From NCBI GenBank assembly GCA_016199585.1, contig JACQGM010000105.1, positions 1-62,992 of the forward strand: DNA of 62,992 nucleotides, read 5' to 3'. Positions within the stretch are counted from its first letter, which is position 1. Each line of letters begins with the position of its first letter. Positions 35,480 to 45,195 of this stretch are shown piece after piece. The stretch comes from Armatimonadota bacterium (GTDB lineage Bacteria; Armatimonadota; JAAZEB01). The notes beneath the pieces were generated by a model. It did no database searches. It saw nothing but the letters and a program-made list of their open reading frames with translations, and was not told where the DNA came from. A program made the position numbers and the translations under genes.

Positions 35480-36607
35480 TCAGCGTGCGGCGACCGCCTT
35501 GCCGTAAGCAGCCAGCGTCTCGCGCGCGGCCGCCTCCCAAGAGAACCGGTCGGCCTGGCGTAGACCCGCCTCGCGCATCTGCAGCCGCAGCCCTTCGTCC
35601 GACGACACCCGGACGAGAGCCTCGGTTAGCGCCGCCACATCGCGGGGATCCACCAGCACTCCGGCGTCGCCCGCCACCTCCGGCAGCGAGGATGCGTTGG
35701 AGGCGACCACGGGGCTGCCGCACGCCATCGCCTCCAGCACCGGCAGGCCGAACCCCTCGTAGAACGATGGGTAGGCGGTGAGCACGGCTCGGCGATAGAG
35801 CGATGCGATGGCCGCGCTGGACAGGCCGCTCAGATGCACGATTCGGCGGCGCTGCTCCGATCGCTCGATGTAGGCGCAGACCGGCTCGTATCGCCAGCCC
35901 AATCCGCCGGCGAGCACCAGGTGGGTTTCGGTGTCGCCCGTCCGGCGCACGAACTGCTCGAAGGCGCGCAGCAGCGACAGGTGGTTCTTGCGCGGCTCGA
36001 TGGTTCCCACGGAGAGGAAGAACTGTTGGGGGATGGCGTCGGCGAGGGCGGCGTCGGGCGGCTCGGGCCGGGGATGGAAGCAGGCGCGGTCGAATCCGAG
36101 ATGGACGGCGGATACCTTCTCCGGGGGAGTCCCGAAGACGCGCACCACATCGGCGGCCGTGCTGTGAGAGTCGGTCACGATGTGGTCGGCGCGCGCCACT
36201 TGCTCCGACACCGCCCGAACGAGGTATCGGAAGTACTCGCGGTCGGCTACGAAGTCGGGGAAGAGGAGGAAAGTGAGGTCGTGGACGGTGACGACCAATC
36301 GGGTCTTTGGCGCCGTGCGGAAGGGCAGCCCCGGGTAGGGATGGTGGTAGACGTCCACATCGGCGGGCAGGCGCGGTACCCATCCTTTCCGAGCCAGGTG
36401 GTCCAGAGCGACCACGTTGCACAGCCACGCGCGTATCCGCAGCTCCTTGGGGTACTGAGGGAAGGGATCGCGGCGCACCTCCGGCCCGAAGAGGCAGTAG
36501 CGGTTCGCCGGGTCCCCCCTCAGCAGCGCCTCGGTGAGGTGGAAGACGTAGTTCCCGATGCCGGTTCGACTGGAAGCCAGCGAGCTGATGTCAATGAGGA
36601 TCTTCAT
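35480..36607 (-). CDS. family 4 (GT-B, group 1) glycosyltransferase
   Basis: 'MKILIDISSLASSRTGIGNYV' at the N-terminus and the E-x7-E region 'PSFYEGFGLPVLEAMACGSPVVASN'. Confidence 0.85.
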   Translation of the reverse strand: MKILIDISSLASSRTGIGNYVFHLTEALLRGDPANRYCLFGPEVRRDPFPQYPKELRIRAWLCNVVALDHLARKGWVPRLPADVDVYHHPYPGLPFRTAPKTRLVVTVHDLTFLLFPDFVADREYFRYLVRAVSEQVARADHIVTDSHSTAADVVRVFGTPPEKVSAVHLGFDRACFHPRPEPPDAALADAIPQQFFLSVGTIEPRKNHLSLLRAFEQFVRRTGDTETHLVLAGGLGWRYEPVCAYIERSEQRRRIVHLSGLSSAAIASLYRRAVLTAYPSFYEGFGLPVLEAMACGSPVVASNASSLPEVAGDAGVLVDPRDVAALTEALVRVSSDEGLRLQMREAGLRQADRFSWEAAARETLAAYGKAVAAR

Positions 36608-37457
36608 CGGCAGCGACCAACCACGCTTCCGTCACCTCGTCGTTGAGAAGCGTGTCCGCGTGGTGAACCCGAAAGCCCGCCTCTGCGGCGGCGCGCGCAG
36701 GGAAGTCCCGGCACCGGAGAAGGACGACGCCCCCTGGACGGCACGCGCTCCGGAGCCGCCGGAGGAAGGGGAGCGGATCGGCCACGTCATCCACCGCGTC
36801 CAGCGCGAGGACAAGGTCGAACGGGCCGGAGACAGGGGGATCGACGCCGGCCACGTCGCTCAGGAGACATGCCCTGTCTATCTCGCACGCCTCCCATCCC
36901 TCATCCCGCGCGACGTCCGACCGGGATGCGCCGTGACGAACGTTCATGAGCTGCCCTCTGCGCCGGCCGAAGGCGCTCTCGTGCAGCCTGAGGTAGACGA
37001 AAGTCTCGGCGCGTGTGAAGCCGGACGGTGCCTCACCTCCCCCCGTCCCCGGCCGCGCCGCCGTCCGAGACGTAAGGATGATGTCCACCAGACGGACCAG
37101 CGTGTTGCGCCAGCGGCACCGGACACGGTACGCTGCGAGCTGGAGCAGATCCAGCCACAGGGCGGCAGCCGCGAACTCCTTCCCCTCGAAGTGGACGGGA
37201 GCGCCGATGCAGGCCGCGATGATCTTGGCTCTGCTGTAGCCGATCGGCGCGGCGCCGCGTTCGATGAGGCAGTGCCGGAAGCGCCCGGTGCGGAGACGGA
37301 TCAGGTGCCCCGGGCCGCCCTGCGAGCGGTCGCGCTGATCCCACACCACCACCCGGCTGTCGGGGTAGCGCTCCCGGACCCGCTCCAGGCTGGAGAGGCG
37401 CTCGTGCTCAGTGAGAACGGCAGGCAGCAACAATAGAATCCTATCGGCATCGCTCAT
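36591..37457 (-). CDS. hypothetical protein with a methyltransferase-like C-terminal segment
   Basis: It overlaps the GT4 start by 17 nt. 'FDLVLALDAVDDVADPLPFLRRLRSACRPGGVVLL' resembles class I SAM-methyltransferase motifs, but I saw no GxGxG motif. Confidence 0.45.
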   Translation of the reverse strand: MSDADRILLLLPAVLTEHERLSSLERVRERYPDSRVVVWDQRDRSQGGPGHLIRLRTGRFRHCLIERGAAPIGYSRAKIIAACIGAPVHFEGKEFAAAALWLDLLQLAAYRVRCRWRNTLVRLVDIILTSRTAARPGTGGGEAPSGFTRAETFVYLRLHESAFGRRRGQLMNVRHGASRSDVARDEGWEACEIDRACLLSDVAGVDPPVSGPFDLVLALDAVDDVADPLPFLRRLRSACRPGGVVLLRCRDFPARAAAEAGFRVHHADTLLNDEVTEAWLVAADEDPH

Positions 37458-37544
37458 GGCGGCACCTCACCGGCTCACGCTCTCCGGAACACGCCACGGT
37501 GCTGCGACGACCGCCGCCCGGCCCCGAGGCGGTGTAGTTGGCAC

Positions 37545-37573
37545 ATTGTACTGAAGGCGTTGAGGGATGTCAA
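37545..37573 (-). promoter_or_regulatory. consensus-like sigma70 promoter for the minus-strand operon
   Basis: On the minus strand: TTGACA (37573-37568), 17-nt spacer, TACAAT (37550-37545). Confidence 0.55.
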
Positions 37574-37604
37574 TATGCCGGCTCCGCCGCTCCGTCTCCC
37601 GGCA

Positions 37605-37633
37605 TTGACAGGGAGGGATCGTGGTGCTATACT
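37605..37633 (+). promoter_or_regulatory. consensus-like sigma70 promoter for the heparinase-like gene array
   Basis: TTGACA (37605-37610), 17-nt spacer, TATACT (37628-37633). It lies about 180 nt upstream of ATG 37816. Confidence 0.55.
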
Positions 37634-37815
37634 GGCGCCGAAAGGGCACCCGGCCGACACGTGACGGCGCGCGGCGCCCCGGCAGCGGCGGCGGCCCGAC
37701 GAGGAGATAGGGACGACCGCCTCGGGGCGGGCAGCAGCCGGTCGCGCGACGCCGCTGCCCGGTCGGCGCGTCGTTCCACCCCACAATCTGCACCACTCGG
37801 GAGGAGGTAGCCAGA

Positions 37816-40800
37816 ATGGTATCATTCGCCTTGGTTCTCTTGCTGGGCGCGGCTTCCGCCGGTTCCGCTCAGGCGGAGCGCAACGGGAACCTGATCCCCA
37901 ACGGGGGATTCGAGAAGGACGGAGACCGTGACGGTCTCCCCGATGGCTGGGCGTTCGCCGATGTCGGCGAGGGGGTTCGGCCTGAAGCGCGGCCGGCCGC
38001 TCCCGCACGGGCAGGGCGCTCCAGCCTCTGCGTGGTCACCGGCGGGCAGCAGGTCACGCTGACATCCCCCGGCTTCGTGCTGAAGCCGGGCGCCACCTAC
38101 CAGGTGAGCGCGTGGCTGCGGATGGAGGGCCGGTTCCCACAGGACATGGTGAGCGTGCGCGTCGCCACGGACGCCGGGAACCGCTCCTTCGAGTTCCACC
38201 TGGCGCGGCCATGGCGCAAGTGCGCCGCCACGTTCGTCGCTCCGGAGGGTGCGCGCTCGGCAACGCTCCAGTTCCGCGGGCTGGGCGGCCTGGCCGACCG
38301 GACCTACATGGACGACGTGGCAGTGAGGGAAGCGGCCGCGTCGGTGGCGGAGCGGAAGCCGCCCGTCCACCGGACGGACCTCGCCCGGTTCGAGTTCCCG
38401 CGGACGGGGTCGTTCGTGGAGTATGCCACGGCGCAGATCGAAGAGATGAAGCGCGAGATGGCGGGCCGCGACAGCCGCGAGCACCCGTGGGTGAGGCAGG
38501 CCGAGCCACTGCTCCAGGAGCAGTTCCACTTCTTCAAGGAGGGATACACGACCGACGGCCGGTGGCTGCCGGTCTTCAACGTCGGCATGAACTGCCCCAA
38601 AGACGCGGCCCGCCTGAACCCGGTGGTCCATGCCGATGGCAGCCATGAGATGAAGTGCCCCAAGTGCGAGGGGGTCTACCGCACCGAGGCGAACCTTCAG
38701 TGCGCCCGGGCGGTCTACAACCAGAACCTGTTGAGGGCCGGGGCGGCGTTGGGCCGGGCCTATGCGCTCACCGGGGATGAACGCTACGCCCGGCGGGTCA
38801 AGGATATCATGCTCGGGTTGGCGGAACGCTATCCGACCTGGGGGCGAGGGCCTCACCTCTCCTTCACCACGTTGAACGAGGCTGAGAACATGGTCTCCTT
38901 CTCGGCAGCCTTCGAGCAGATCCGAGATAGCGTCATTCTCTCGGTCGAGGAGCGCCGGAAGATCGAGGAGGGCCTCCTGCGGCCGGTTGGGGAGTTCATC
39001 CGCAGGGGGAGCATCTCGGATCGGATGAACAACCGGGCGGCGATCTACAGCAAGGCGGTGATGGCCATCGGCCTCGCCCTTCGCGACAAGGCACTGGTGG
39101 ACCACGCCCTCAACGACCCGGATGCCGGGCTTCACGCGCTGTCGGCGGGGATGTTCGACGCAGATGGCCTCTCGTTCGAGGGGTTCGGATACCAGTCCTA
39201 CGGCCTCTCGGGGCTCTCTCCCACGGCGGAGATGGCCTACCGCATCGGCCTCAACGTCTACCGCGACCCCGCCTACCGGAAGGTCTTCCTCCCGCAGTTG
39301 CAGATCCTGCTCCCCGGCGAGGAGAGCCGCGGGTGGGTGCGCCAGTACGACCTGGCGTGCCGGCGCTTCGCCGAAGCGGGACAGCCCCTGGAGTTCCCCT
39401 TCGATGACGAGGGTCGGCTCACGGTGGTTCCCGCTTCCTCTTACAACTTCGGAAAGTTCGGCTACGGGATCCTCCGTTCCGGAGAAGGCCTGGACCAGGT
39501 CTATCTGACGATGGAGTACGGCGTCGAGACGATGTTCATGGGCCACGCGCCCGCGCCGAAGTTCGCCACGCTCCTCTACGCCAACCGCCGGCTGCTGACG
39601 CCACGAGGCGCCACCTCTTCGTACGGAGACCCGCTCTGCGGCGGGTGGTCGCGCCGCACGCTGGCGCACAACGCCCTCACGGTGGACGACCGCGACCAGT
39701 GGGGGCGCACGCCCGGCCGGTTCGTCGCCTTCGAGGCGGCCCCCCGGGTGAAGGTGGCGCGCGCGGCAGACGACGAGACCTACGGTGGCGTCACGCTGGA
39801 CCGGACGCTCTTCCTGGCGGACGGCTACGTGGTGGACCTCTCCGCCGCCCTCGCCGCTGCCGGAGATCACCGCTTCGATCTTTGCTATCGCTTCTACGGC
39901 GACCTCGCCTGCGGCCTCCCCTTCCAGCCTCGCGGCGGCCCCCTGGGCGCCGGGCACGGCTACCAGTACCTCACCGACGCGCGGAGCGCGCGCACCGCCG
40001 CAGACTGGTCGGCCGATTGGCGCCAGGCGGAGGACTCGGCGCTGCGGCTCTCGGTGGTAGGCGGGCCGGAGACGGAAGTGATCGCCTGCGCGTCACCGGA
40101 CAACCGGAGCGCCGAAGAGAAGGTGGATGCCATCGTCGCCCGCCGGTGGGGCGGGGATACGGTGTTCGCCTCCGTGTGGGAGACCTACCGCGACCGGCCG
40201 TCGGTCGTCAGCACCCGCCGTCTGCCGGCGGCGGGAGGGGATGCCGAGGGCGTGGGCGTAGAAGTCGTAAGGCAGGGACGCCCGGGCGCGGAGTGCTTTC
40301 TTGCCGCGTACGCGGCGGGGGAGCGTCAGTACGGCGACATTGAGCTGGACGGGAAGATTGCGGCGGGACGCTGGGTCAACGCGGAGGCGGCGCCCGACTA
40401 TGCCTACCTGGTGAAGGGCGTGCTGCTGCGGCGCGGCGGCCGCTCGCTGGAGGCGAGTGCCCCCGCCACGCTCTATGTCGAGCAGATCGCTCCCGACCGG
40501 CTGCGGGTGCAGACCGGCAGCGAGAGCGCCGGCAAGCTGGCCCTCACGGGGAGATTGGCCGCCGGGGCCGGCGTGACGCGCGCCGGCGAGAAGGTGGCGA
40601 CGAAGGCGGATCGAGGTCGGACTCTCACCTTCACGGCCGCTGCCGATGCCGCCTACGAGGTGACGGGCGTTGCCGACTGGCGGCGGATCCGGCTGGCGCG
40701 CGAAGGCCGGGCGCAGGAGACGGCAGCGGCGGAGATGGTGCCCGTGGCGGCGACCGCGCCGCCCGAACCCACGATCCAGGCGCCCCTGGCGCCCGACGGC

Positions 40801-41367
40801 ACGCTGGCGGGGAAGAACAAGGTCCCCGACGCCGGCTTCGAGGTGAACCCCAAGTCGCGGCCCGGCGCCGTCAGCCCCTGGGAGACGTGGTCCTCCTACC
40901 ACTTCGCCAAGTTCCGCCCGCGCACCGAGTACGACGCCGAGCAGGCTCACAGCGGCAAGCACTCGCTGAAGATCCTGCAGAGCAACTGGGCGAACGAAGC
41001 CACCCAGGACGGCTGGATCGAGCAGCGGGTGCCGGGCGTGGGGGCGGGCAAGACCTACACGCTCTCCGCCTGGGTGAAGGCGAACCTGGCTCCGACGCGG
41101 GTGCGCCTCTGCATCTACGGCTACAACCCGAAGTGGGGCAACGACTACGAGGGCGGCGTCTCGCCCATGTTCGACGTTGGCACGGAGTGGCAGCGGGTTG
41201 CCTGGACGCGCACCTTCGGCCCGGAGATCACCGACGTGCGCGTGATGGTGAAGCGCGAGCACCAGGTCCTCGGCGGTGACCTCTGGATCGATGACGTCCA
41301 GTTGGAAGAAGGCCCGGCGGCCACCGACTTCGCGCCGGACGCCTGGAGCGGGAGCGTTCAGCAGTGA
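37816..41367 (+). CDS. heparinase II/III-like polysaccharide-lyase-family protein H1 with N- and C-terminal jelly-roll (CBM4_9-like) domains
   Basis: GGAGGAGG RBS and signal peptide 'MVSFALVLLLGAASAGSAQA'. The N-terminal domain shows 'NLIPNGGFE...TYQVSAWLRM...YMDDVAVRE'. The toroid-like region shows 'NNRAAIYSKAVMAIGLAL..FEGFGYQSY'. The Hepar_II_III-like region shows 'MFMGHAPAPKF...LAHNALTVDDRDQW'. The C-terminal domain shows 'TYTLSAWVKA...WIDDVQLEEG'. Confidence 0.7.
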   Translation: MVSFALVLLLGAASAGSAQAERNGNLIPNGGFEKDGDRDGLPDGWAFADVGEGVRPEARPAAPARAGRSSLCVVTGGQQVTLTSPGFVLKPGATYQVSAWLRMEGRFPQDMVSVRVATDAGNRSFEFHLARPWRKCAATFVAPEGARSATLQFRGLGGLADRTYMDDVAVREAAASVAERKPPVHRTDLARFEFPRTGSFVEYATAQIEEMKREMAGRDSREHPWVRQAEPLLQEQFHFFKEGYTTDGRWLPVFNVGMNCPKDAARLNPVVHADGSHEMKCPKCEGVYRTEANLQCARAVYNQNLLRAGAALGRAYALTGDERYARRVKDIMLGLAERYPTWGRGPHLSFTTLNEAENMVSFSAAFEQIRDSVILSVEERRKIEEGLLRPVGEFIRRGSISDRMNNRAAIYSKAVMAIGLALRDKALVDHALNDPDAGLHALSAGMFDADGLSFEGFGYQSYGLSGLSPTAEMAYRIGLNVYRDPAYRKVFLPQLQILLPGEESRGWVRQYDLACRRFAEAGQPLEFPFDDEGRLTVVPASSYNFGKFGYGILRSGEGLDQVYLTMEYGVETMFMGHAPAPKFATLLYANRRLLTPRGATSSYGDPLCGGWSRRTLAHNALTVDDRDQWGRTPGRFVAFEAAPRVKVARAADDETYGGVTLDRTLFLADGYVVDLSAALAAAGDHRFDLCYRFYGDLACGLPFQPRGGPLGAGHGYQYLTDARSARTAADWSADWRQAEDSALRLSVVGGPETEVIACASPDNRSAEEKVDAIVARRWGGDTVFASVWETYRDRPSVVSTRRLPAAGGDAEGVGVEVVRQGRPGAECFLAAYAAGERQYGDIELDGKIAAGRWVNAEAAPDYAYLVKGVLLRRGGRSLEASAPATLYVEQIAPDRLRVQTGSESAGKLALTGRLAAGAGVTRAGEKVATKADRGRTLTFTAAADAAYEVTGVADWRRIRLAREGRAQETAAAEMVPVAATAPPEPTIQAPLAPDGTLAGKNKVPDAGFEVNPKSRPGAVSPWETWSSYHFAKFRPRTEYDAEQAHSGKHSLKILQSNWANEATQDGWIEQRVPGVGAGKTYTLSAWVKANLAPTRVRLCIYGYNPKWGNDYEGGVSPMFDVGTEWQRVAWTRTFGPEITDVRVMVKREHQVLGGDLWIDDVQLEEGPAATDFAPDAWSGSVQQ

Positions 41368-41375
41368 AGGCTTGA

Positions 41376-41445
41376 GCGGGCGTGAAGCACCGCAAGCGGC
41401 CGGCCGCGAACAGGGTGGCTCTCCCTTGCGGCGCTTCGCGCCCGC
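41376..41445 (+). terminator. long hairpin between H1 and H2
   Basis: GCGGGCGTGAAGCACCGCAAG (41376-41396) pairs with CTTGCGGCGCTTCGCGCCCGC (41425-41445). The arms are 21 nt with two non-Watson-Crick positions. Confidence 0.45.
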
Positions 41446-41466
41446 ACTGTTGGCGGCTCGCCAGCC

Positions 41467-41498
41467 GCGGTTGCAGCCCAGCGCGGTTGCAGCCCAGC
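41467..41498. repeat. perfect 16-bp tandem duplication
   Basis: GCGGTTGCAGCCCAGC occurs twice back to back, just upstream of the H2 RBS. Confidence 0.8.
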
Positions 41499-41524
41499 AG
41501 GGAGAACGGAAGGAGAGCCGGTAG

Positions 41525-44500
41525 ATGAGAGGGAACGTGCTGGTCCTGTTGATGGGAACGGCTTGCCTGGCCGCCGGGGGCGCCGAGCCGGCACGGGGAA
41601 CCGACCTGCTGCCCAGCGGCGGGTTCGAGACGGACGCGGACGGAGATGGCATCCCCGACGGGTGGCGACTCGCCGTAGACCCGGCGGATCGGCACCTCAC
41701 CGGTCGCCTCTCTCCCGAGGCCCACTCCGGGAGACACGGCTTCTGCGTGGCGAACGGCACGGGGAGCCGAGGATCCACCCTCACATCGCCCGCGTTCGAC
41801 CTGAAGCCGGACACCGCCTACGAGGTGAGCGCCTGGCTGAGGATGGACGCCCGGTTCCCCCAGGATACCGCGCTCCTGCGCGTCTCCGCGGGTGGCCGTT
41901 CCTACTCCTTCGATCTCACCATTACCCGGCAGTGGCGACGGCGCGCGATCCGATTCGTGACCGAGCCCGGCACGACATCGGGCACCCTGCAGTTCTCGCA
42001 GTTGGGCGGCCAGGCGGAGCGCCTTTACCTGGATGACGTGGCGGTGAGGGAGGTGGATGCGAAGGACGCCGTCCCGCGCATCCCCCGCACCGACCTGACG
42101 GGCTTCGAGTTCCCCCGGCACCGCCCCAGGGTCCAGCACACGGCGGAGGAGGTCGAGGCGATCCGGCGGGCGATGACGGGCCGTGACCTGCGCCAGCACG
42201 CCCGGGTCACGGCCGGCGACCGCTGGCTGGAGAAGCGGCTTCACTTCTTCGAGGAAGGCTACGACTTCCGGAAGCACTTCGCCACCGGGCGCAACTGCTC
42301 CGACGACGGCACGGTCCTCAAGCCGGTGGTTCACCCGGACGGCACGTGCGAGATGCGCTGCCCCAAGTGTGAGCGGGTCTTCCGGGAGGAGGCGCACCGG
42401 GCGACGGCCCGGGCACTCTTCAATCGGGAGATGGCCGTGGGGGCGGCGAGTCTGGGGCGGGCGTACGCGCTCACCGGGGATCCGCGCTACGCCGTCCGCG
42501 CGCGGGAGATCCTTGTCGGCCTGGCGGACCGCTACCGGGTGCTGAAACCGGGGATGCACCTGGTCTTCACTCACCTCACCGAAGCGCACACCTTCCTCCT
42601 CTCGTGCGCGCAAGCCTACGACTACATCTGCGAGAGCCCGGCCTTCCCCGAGGAGGACCGCCGGAAGGTGGAGGAGGACCTGCTCCGCGCCGGGGCGGAG
42701 TACTTCTGCCACCACTCGCAGACCAACGGCGCGAGGAACAACCGCGGGGCGATCCACAACAAGGCGGTGATGGCGATCGGGGTCGCCCTTGGCGACAAGC
42801 GGTTCGTGGACCACGCGCTCAACAACCATCTCTCGGGCTTCCACGCGCTGGTGGGGTGCTTGTTCCTCCCGGACGGTCTGAGCTGGGAGGGCTTCGGGTA
42901 CCACTTCTACACGCTGTCGGGGCTTCTGCCAATCGCTGAGATGGCCCATCGGGTGGGCATCAACGTGTATGAAGACCCCGCCTGGCGGAGGGTCTTCGAG
43001 GCGCCTCTCAAGGCGCTGGCGCCAGGCGAGGAGTTCCCGAGAGTGGACCTGGAGACCGCTTCCCGAAGGTTCGCGGAACTCGGTCGGCCGCTGGCGTTCC
43101 CTTCCGGGAAGAGTGACACGCCTGCCGCCATCGCGTCCCACAACTTCGACCACTTCGGGCTCGCGGTGCTGCGGCGAGGCGCGGGCCCGGATGAGATCTA
43201 CCTCTCGATGGAGTGCGGCAAAGAGGCGATGTTCATGGGCCACGCCCCGGGGGTGAAGTTCTCGTTGGGTCTCCATGCGAACGGCCGGATGCTCACGCCT
43301 CGGGGCGCCGCCACCTACGGCAGCGCGCTCTGCGGGGGATGGGCTCGCCGATCACTCGCGCACAACGCCATCACGGTGGATGACCGCGACCAGTGGGGGC
43401 GCGTCGCCGCCGGACCCGACCTCAACTACGTGCCGCACCGGCTGACCGCCTTCGCCGCCGCTCCCGGCGTCCAGGTGGTGCGCGCGCGGGACGACGATGC
43501 CTACGGCGACGTCACGCTCGACCGGACGCTCTTCCTGGCGGACGGCTACGTGGTGGACCTCTCTGCCGCGCGCGCCGCTGCCGGAGAGCACCGTTTCGAC
43601 CTCTGCTACCGCTCCTATGGCAGCCTCGCCTGCGGCCTCCCCTTCCAGCCTCGCGGCGGCCCCCTGGGCGCCGGGCACGGCTACCAGTACCTCACCGACG
43701 CGCGGAGCGCGCGCACCGCCGCGGACTGGTCGGCTGATTGGCGGCAGGACGAAGGGAGCGCCTTGCGGCTCTCGGTTGTGGGGGGGCCGGAGACGGAGGT
43801 GATCGCCTGCGCCTCCCCCGACAACACGAGCGAGGAGAGGCGCGTGGATGCCGTCGTCGCCCGCCGGTGGGGCGAGGGCACGGTGTTCGCCGCCGTGTGG
43901 GAGCCCTACCGCGACCGGCCATCCGTCACCAGCGCCCGCCGCCTGCCGGTGGCGCAGAGGGATGCGGAGGGCGTGGGCGTAGAGGTCGCGAAGGAGGGCC
44001 AGCCGGGCGCCGCGGTCTTCCTCGCCGCGTACCGGCCGGGGAAGCGGCGGTACGGCGACATCGAGCTGGACGGGATGGTCGCGGCCGGGCGCTGGCGCAG
44101 CCCGGAAGCCGCGCCCGACTACGCGCACCTGGTCAAGGGCGTGCTGCTGCGGCGCGGGAGCCACTCGCTGGAGGCGACCGCCCCCGCCACGCTCTATGTC
44201 GAGCAGATCGCTCCCGACCGGCTGCTGGTGCGGACCGGCAGCGAGAGCGCCGGCACGCTGACCATCACGGGAAGGCTGGCGCCCCGGGCAGGCGTGGAGC
44301 GCGGCGGCGAGAGGCTGGCGGCGAAGCCGGAGCGCGGGCAGTCCCTGACCTTCGCGGCCGCGGCTGATACGTCCTATGAGGTCACCGGAGTGGCCGATTG
44401 GCGGAGGATCCGGCTGGAGTGCGAAGGCCGGGCCGAGGAGCCGGTGCAGCCGGAGGCGGCGCCCGTGGCGGAGACGTCCGTGCGGGAGCCCGCAGCCGAG

Positions 44501-45073
44501 GCGCCCCTGGCGGGGAGGAACAAGCTCCGCAACGCCGGCTTCGAGATCAACGAGCAGACGCATCCCGGCGCAGCGAACCCCTGGGAAGCCCGGAGTTCCT
44601 ACCACCTGGTGAAGTTCCGCGCCGACCACGAGTACGACGCGGCGGTCGTCCACAGTGGTGGGCGCTCGTTGAAGATCCCCGGGCTCACCTGGGCGAACGA
44701 GGCGACCCGCGACGGCTGGATCGAGCAGCGGGTGCCGGGCGTCGGGGCGGGCAAGACCTACACGCTCTCGGCCTGGGTGAAAGCCAGCCAGGACCCGACG
44801 CGGGCGCGACTGGTGATCTACGGCTGGAACCCGAAGTGGGGCAACGACTACGAGGGCGGGGTCTCGCCCATGTTCGACGTTGGCACGGAGTGGCAGCGGG
44901 TGGCCTGGACGCGCGCCTTCGGCCCGGGGATCACCGACGTGCGCGTGATGGTGAAGCGCGAGCACCAGGTTATCGGCGGCGACGTCTGGATTGACGACAT
45001 CCAGTTGGAGGAAGGCCCGACGGCCACCGACTTCGCGCCCGATGCCTGGAGCGAGAGCGTACTCCCCCCGTAG
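41525..45073 (+). CDS. heparinase II/III-like protein H2 (paralog of H1)
   Basis: GGAAGGAGAG RBS and signal peptide 'MRGNVLVLLMGTACLAAGGA'. It has the same architecture and motifs as H1 ('AYEVSAWLRM', 'MFMGHAPGVKF', 'LAHNAITVDDRDQW', 'WIDDIQLEEG'). Confidence 0.7.
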   Translation: MRGNVLVLLMGTACLAAGGAEPARGTDLLPSGGFETDADGDGIPDGWRLAVDPADRHLTGRLSPEAHSGRHGFCVANGTGSRGSTLTSPAFDLKPDTAYEVSAWLRMDARFPQDTALLRVSAGGRSYSFDLTITRQWRRRAIRFVTEPGTTSGTLQFSQLGGQAERLYLDDVAVREVDAKDAVPRIPRTDLTGFEFPRHRPRVQHTAEEVEAIRRAMTGRDLRQHARVTAGDRWLEKRLHFFEEGYDFRKHFATGRNCSDDGTVLKPVVHPDGTCEMRCPKCERVFREEAHRATARALFNREMAVGAASLGRAYALTGDPRYAVRAREILVGLADRYRVLKPGMHLVFTHLTEAHTFLLSCAQAYDYICESPAFPEEDRRKVEEDLLRAGAEYFCHHSQTNGARNNRGAIHNKAVMAIGVALGDKRFVDHALNNHLSGFHALVGCLFLPDGLSWEGFGYHFYTLSGLLPIAEMAHRVGINVYEDPAWRRVFEAPLKALAPGEEFPRVDLETASRRFAELGRPLAFPSGKSDTPAAIASHNFDHFGLAVLRRGAGPDEIYLSMECGKEAMFMGHAPGVKFSLGLHANGRMLTPRGAATYGSALCGGWARRSLAHNAITVDDRDQWGRVAAGPDLNYVPHRLTAFAAAPGVQVVRARDDDAYGDVTLDRTLFLADGYVVDLSAARAAAGEHRFDLCYRSYGSLACGLPFQPRGGPLGAGHGYQYLTDARSARTAADWSADWRQDEGSALRLSVVGGPETEVIACASPDNTSEERRVDAVVARRWGEGTVFAAVWEPYRDRPSVTSARRLPVAQRDAEGVGVEVAKEGQPGAAVFLAAYRPGKRRYGDIELDGMVAAGRWRSPEAAPDYAHLVKGVLLRRGSHSLEATAPATLYVEQIAPDRLLVRTGSESAGTLTITGRLAPRAGVERGGERLAAKPERGQSLTFAAAADTSYEVTGVADWRRIRLECEGRAEEPVQPEAAPVAETSVREPAAEAPLAGRNKLRNAGFEINEQTHPGAANPWEARSSYHLVKFRADHEYDAAVVHSGGRSLKIPGLTWANEATRDGWIEQRVPGVGAGKTYTLSAWVKASQDPTRARLVIYGWNPKWGNDYEGGVSPMFDVGTEWQRVAWTRAFGPGITDVRVMVKREHQVIGGDVWIDDIQLEEGPTATDFAPDAWSESVLPP

Positions 45074-45115
45074 GGCGCGGGTTCCGCCCCGCGCCGGAAC
45101 CCGCGCCCTACGGGG
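45066..45115 (+). terminator. perfect 21-bp-stem hairpin overlapping the H2 stop codon
   Basis: CCCCGTAGGGCGCGGGTTCCG (45066-45086), an 8-nt loop, then CGGAACCCGCGCCCTACGGGG (45095-45115). The TAG stop (45071-45073) lies inside the stem. Confidence 0.55.
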
Positions 45116-45195
45116 ACAGATACGGCTTGGTCCGAAGCGGGGGTGTGGGCCGCTTGCCGCGGGGCGCCGGTGCCCGACCGGCTGGAGGTGGGGCG

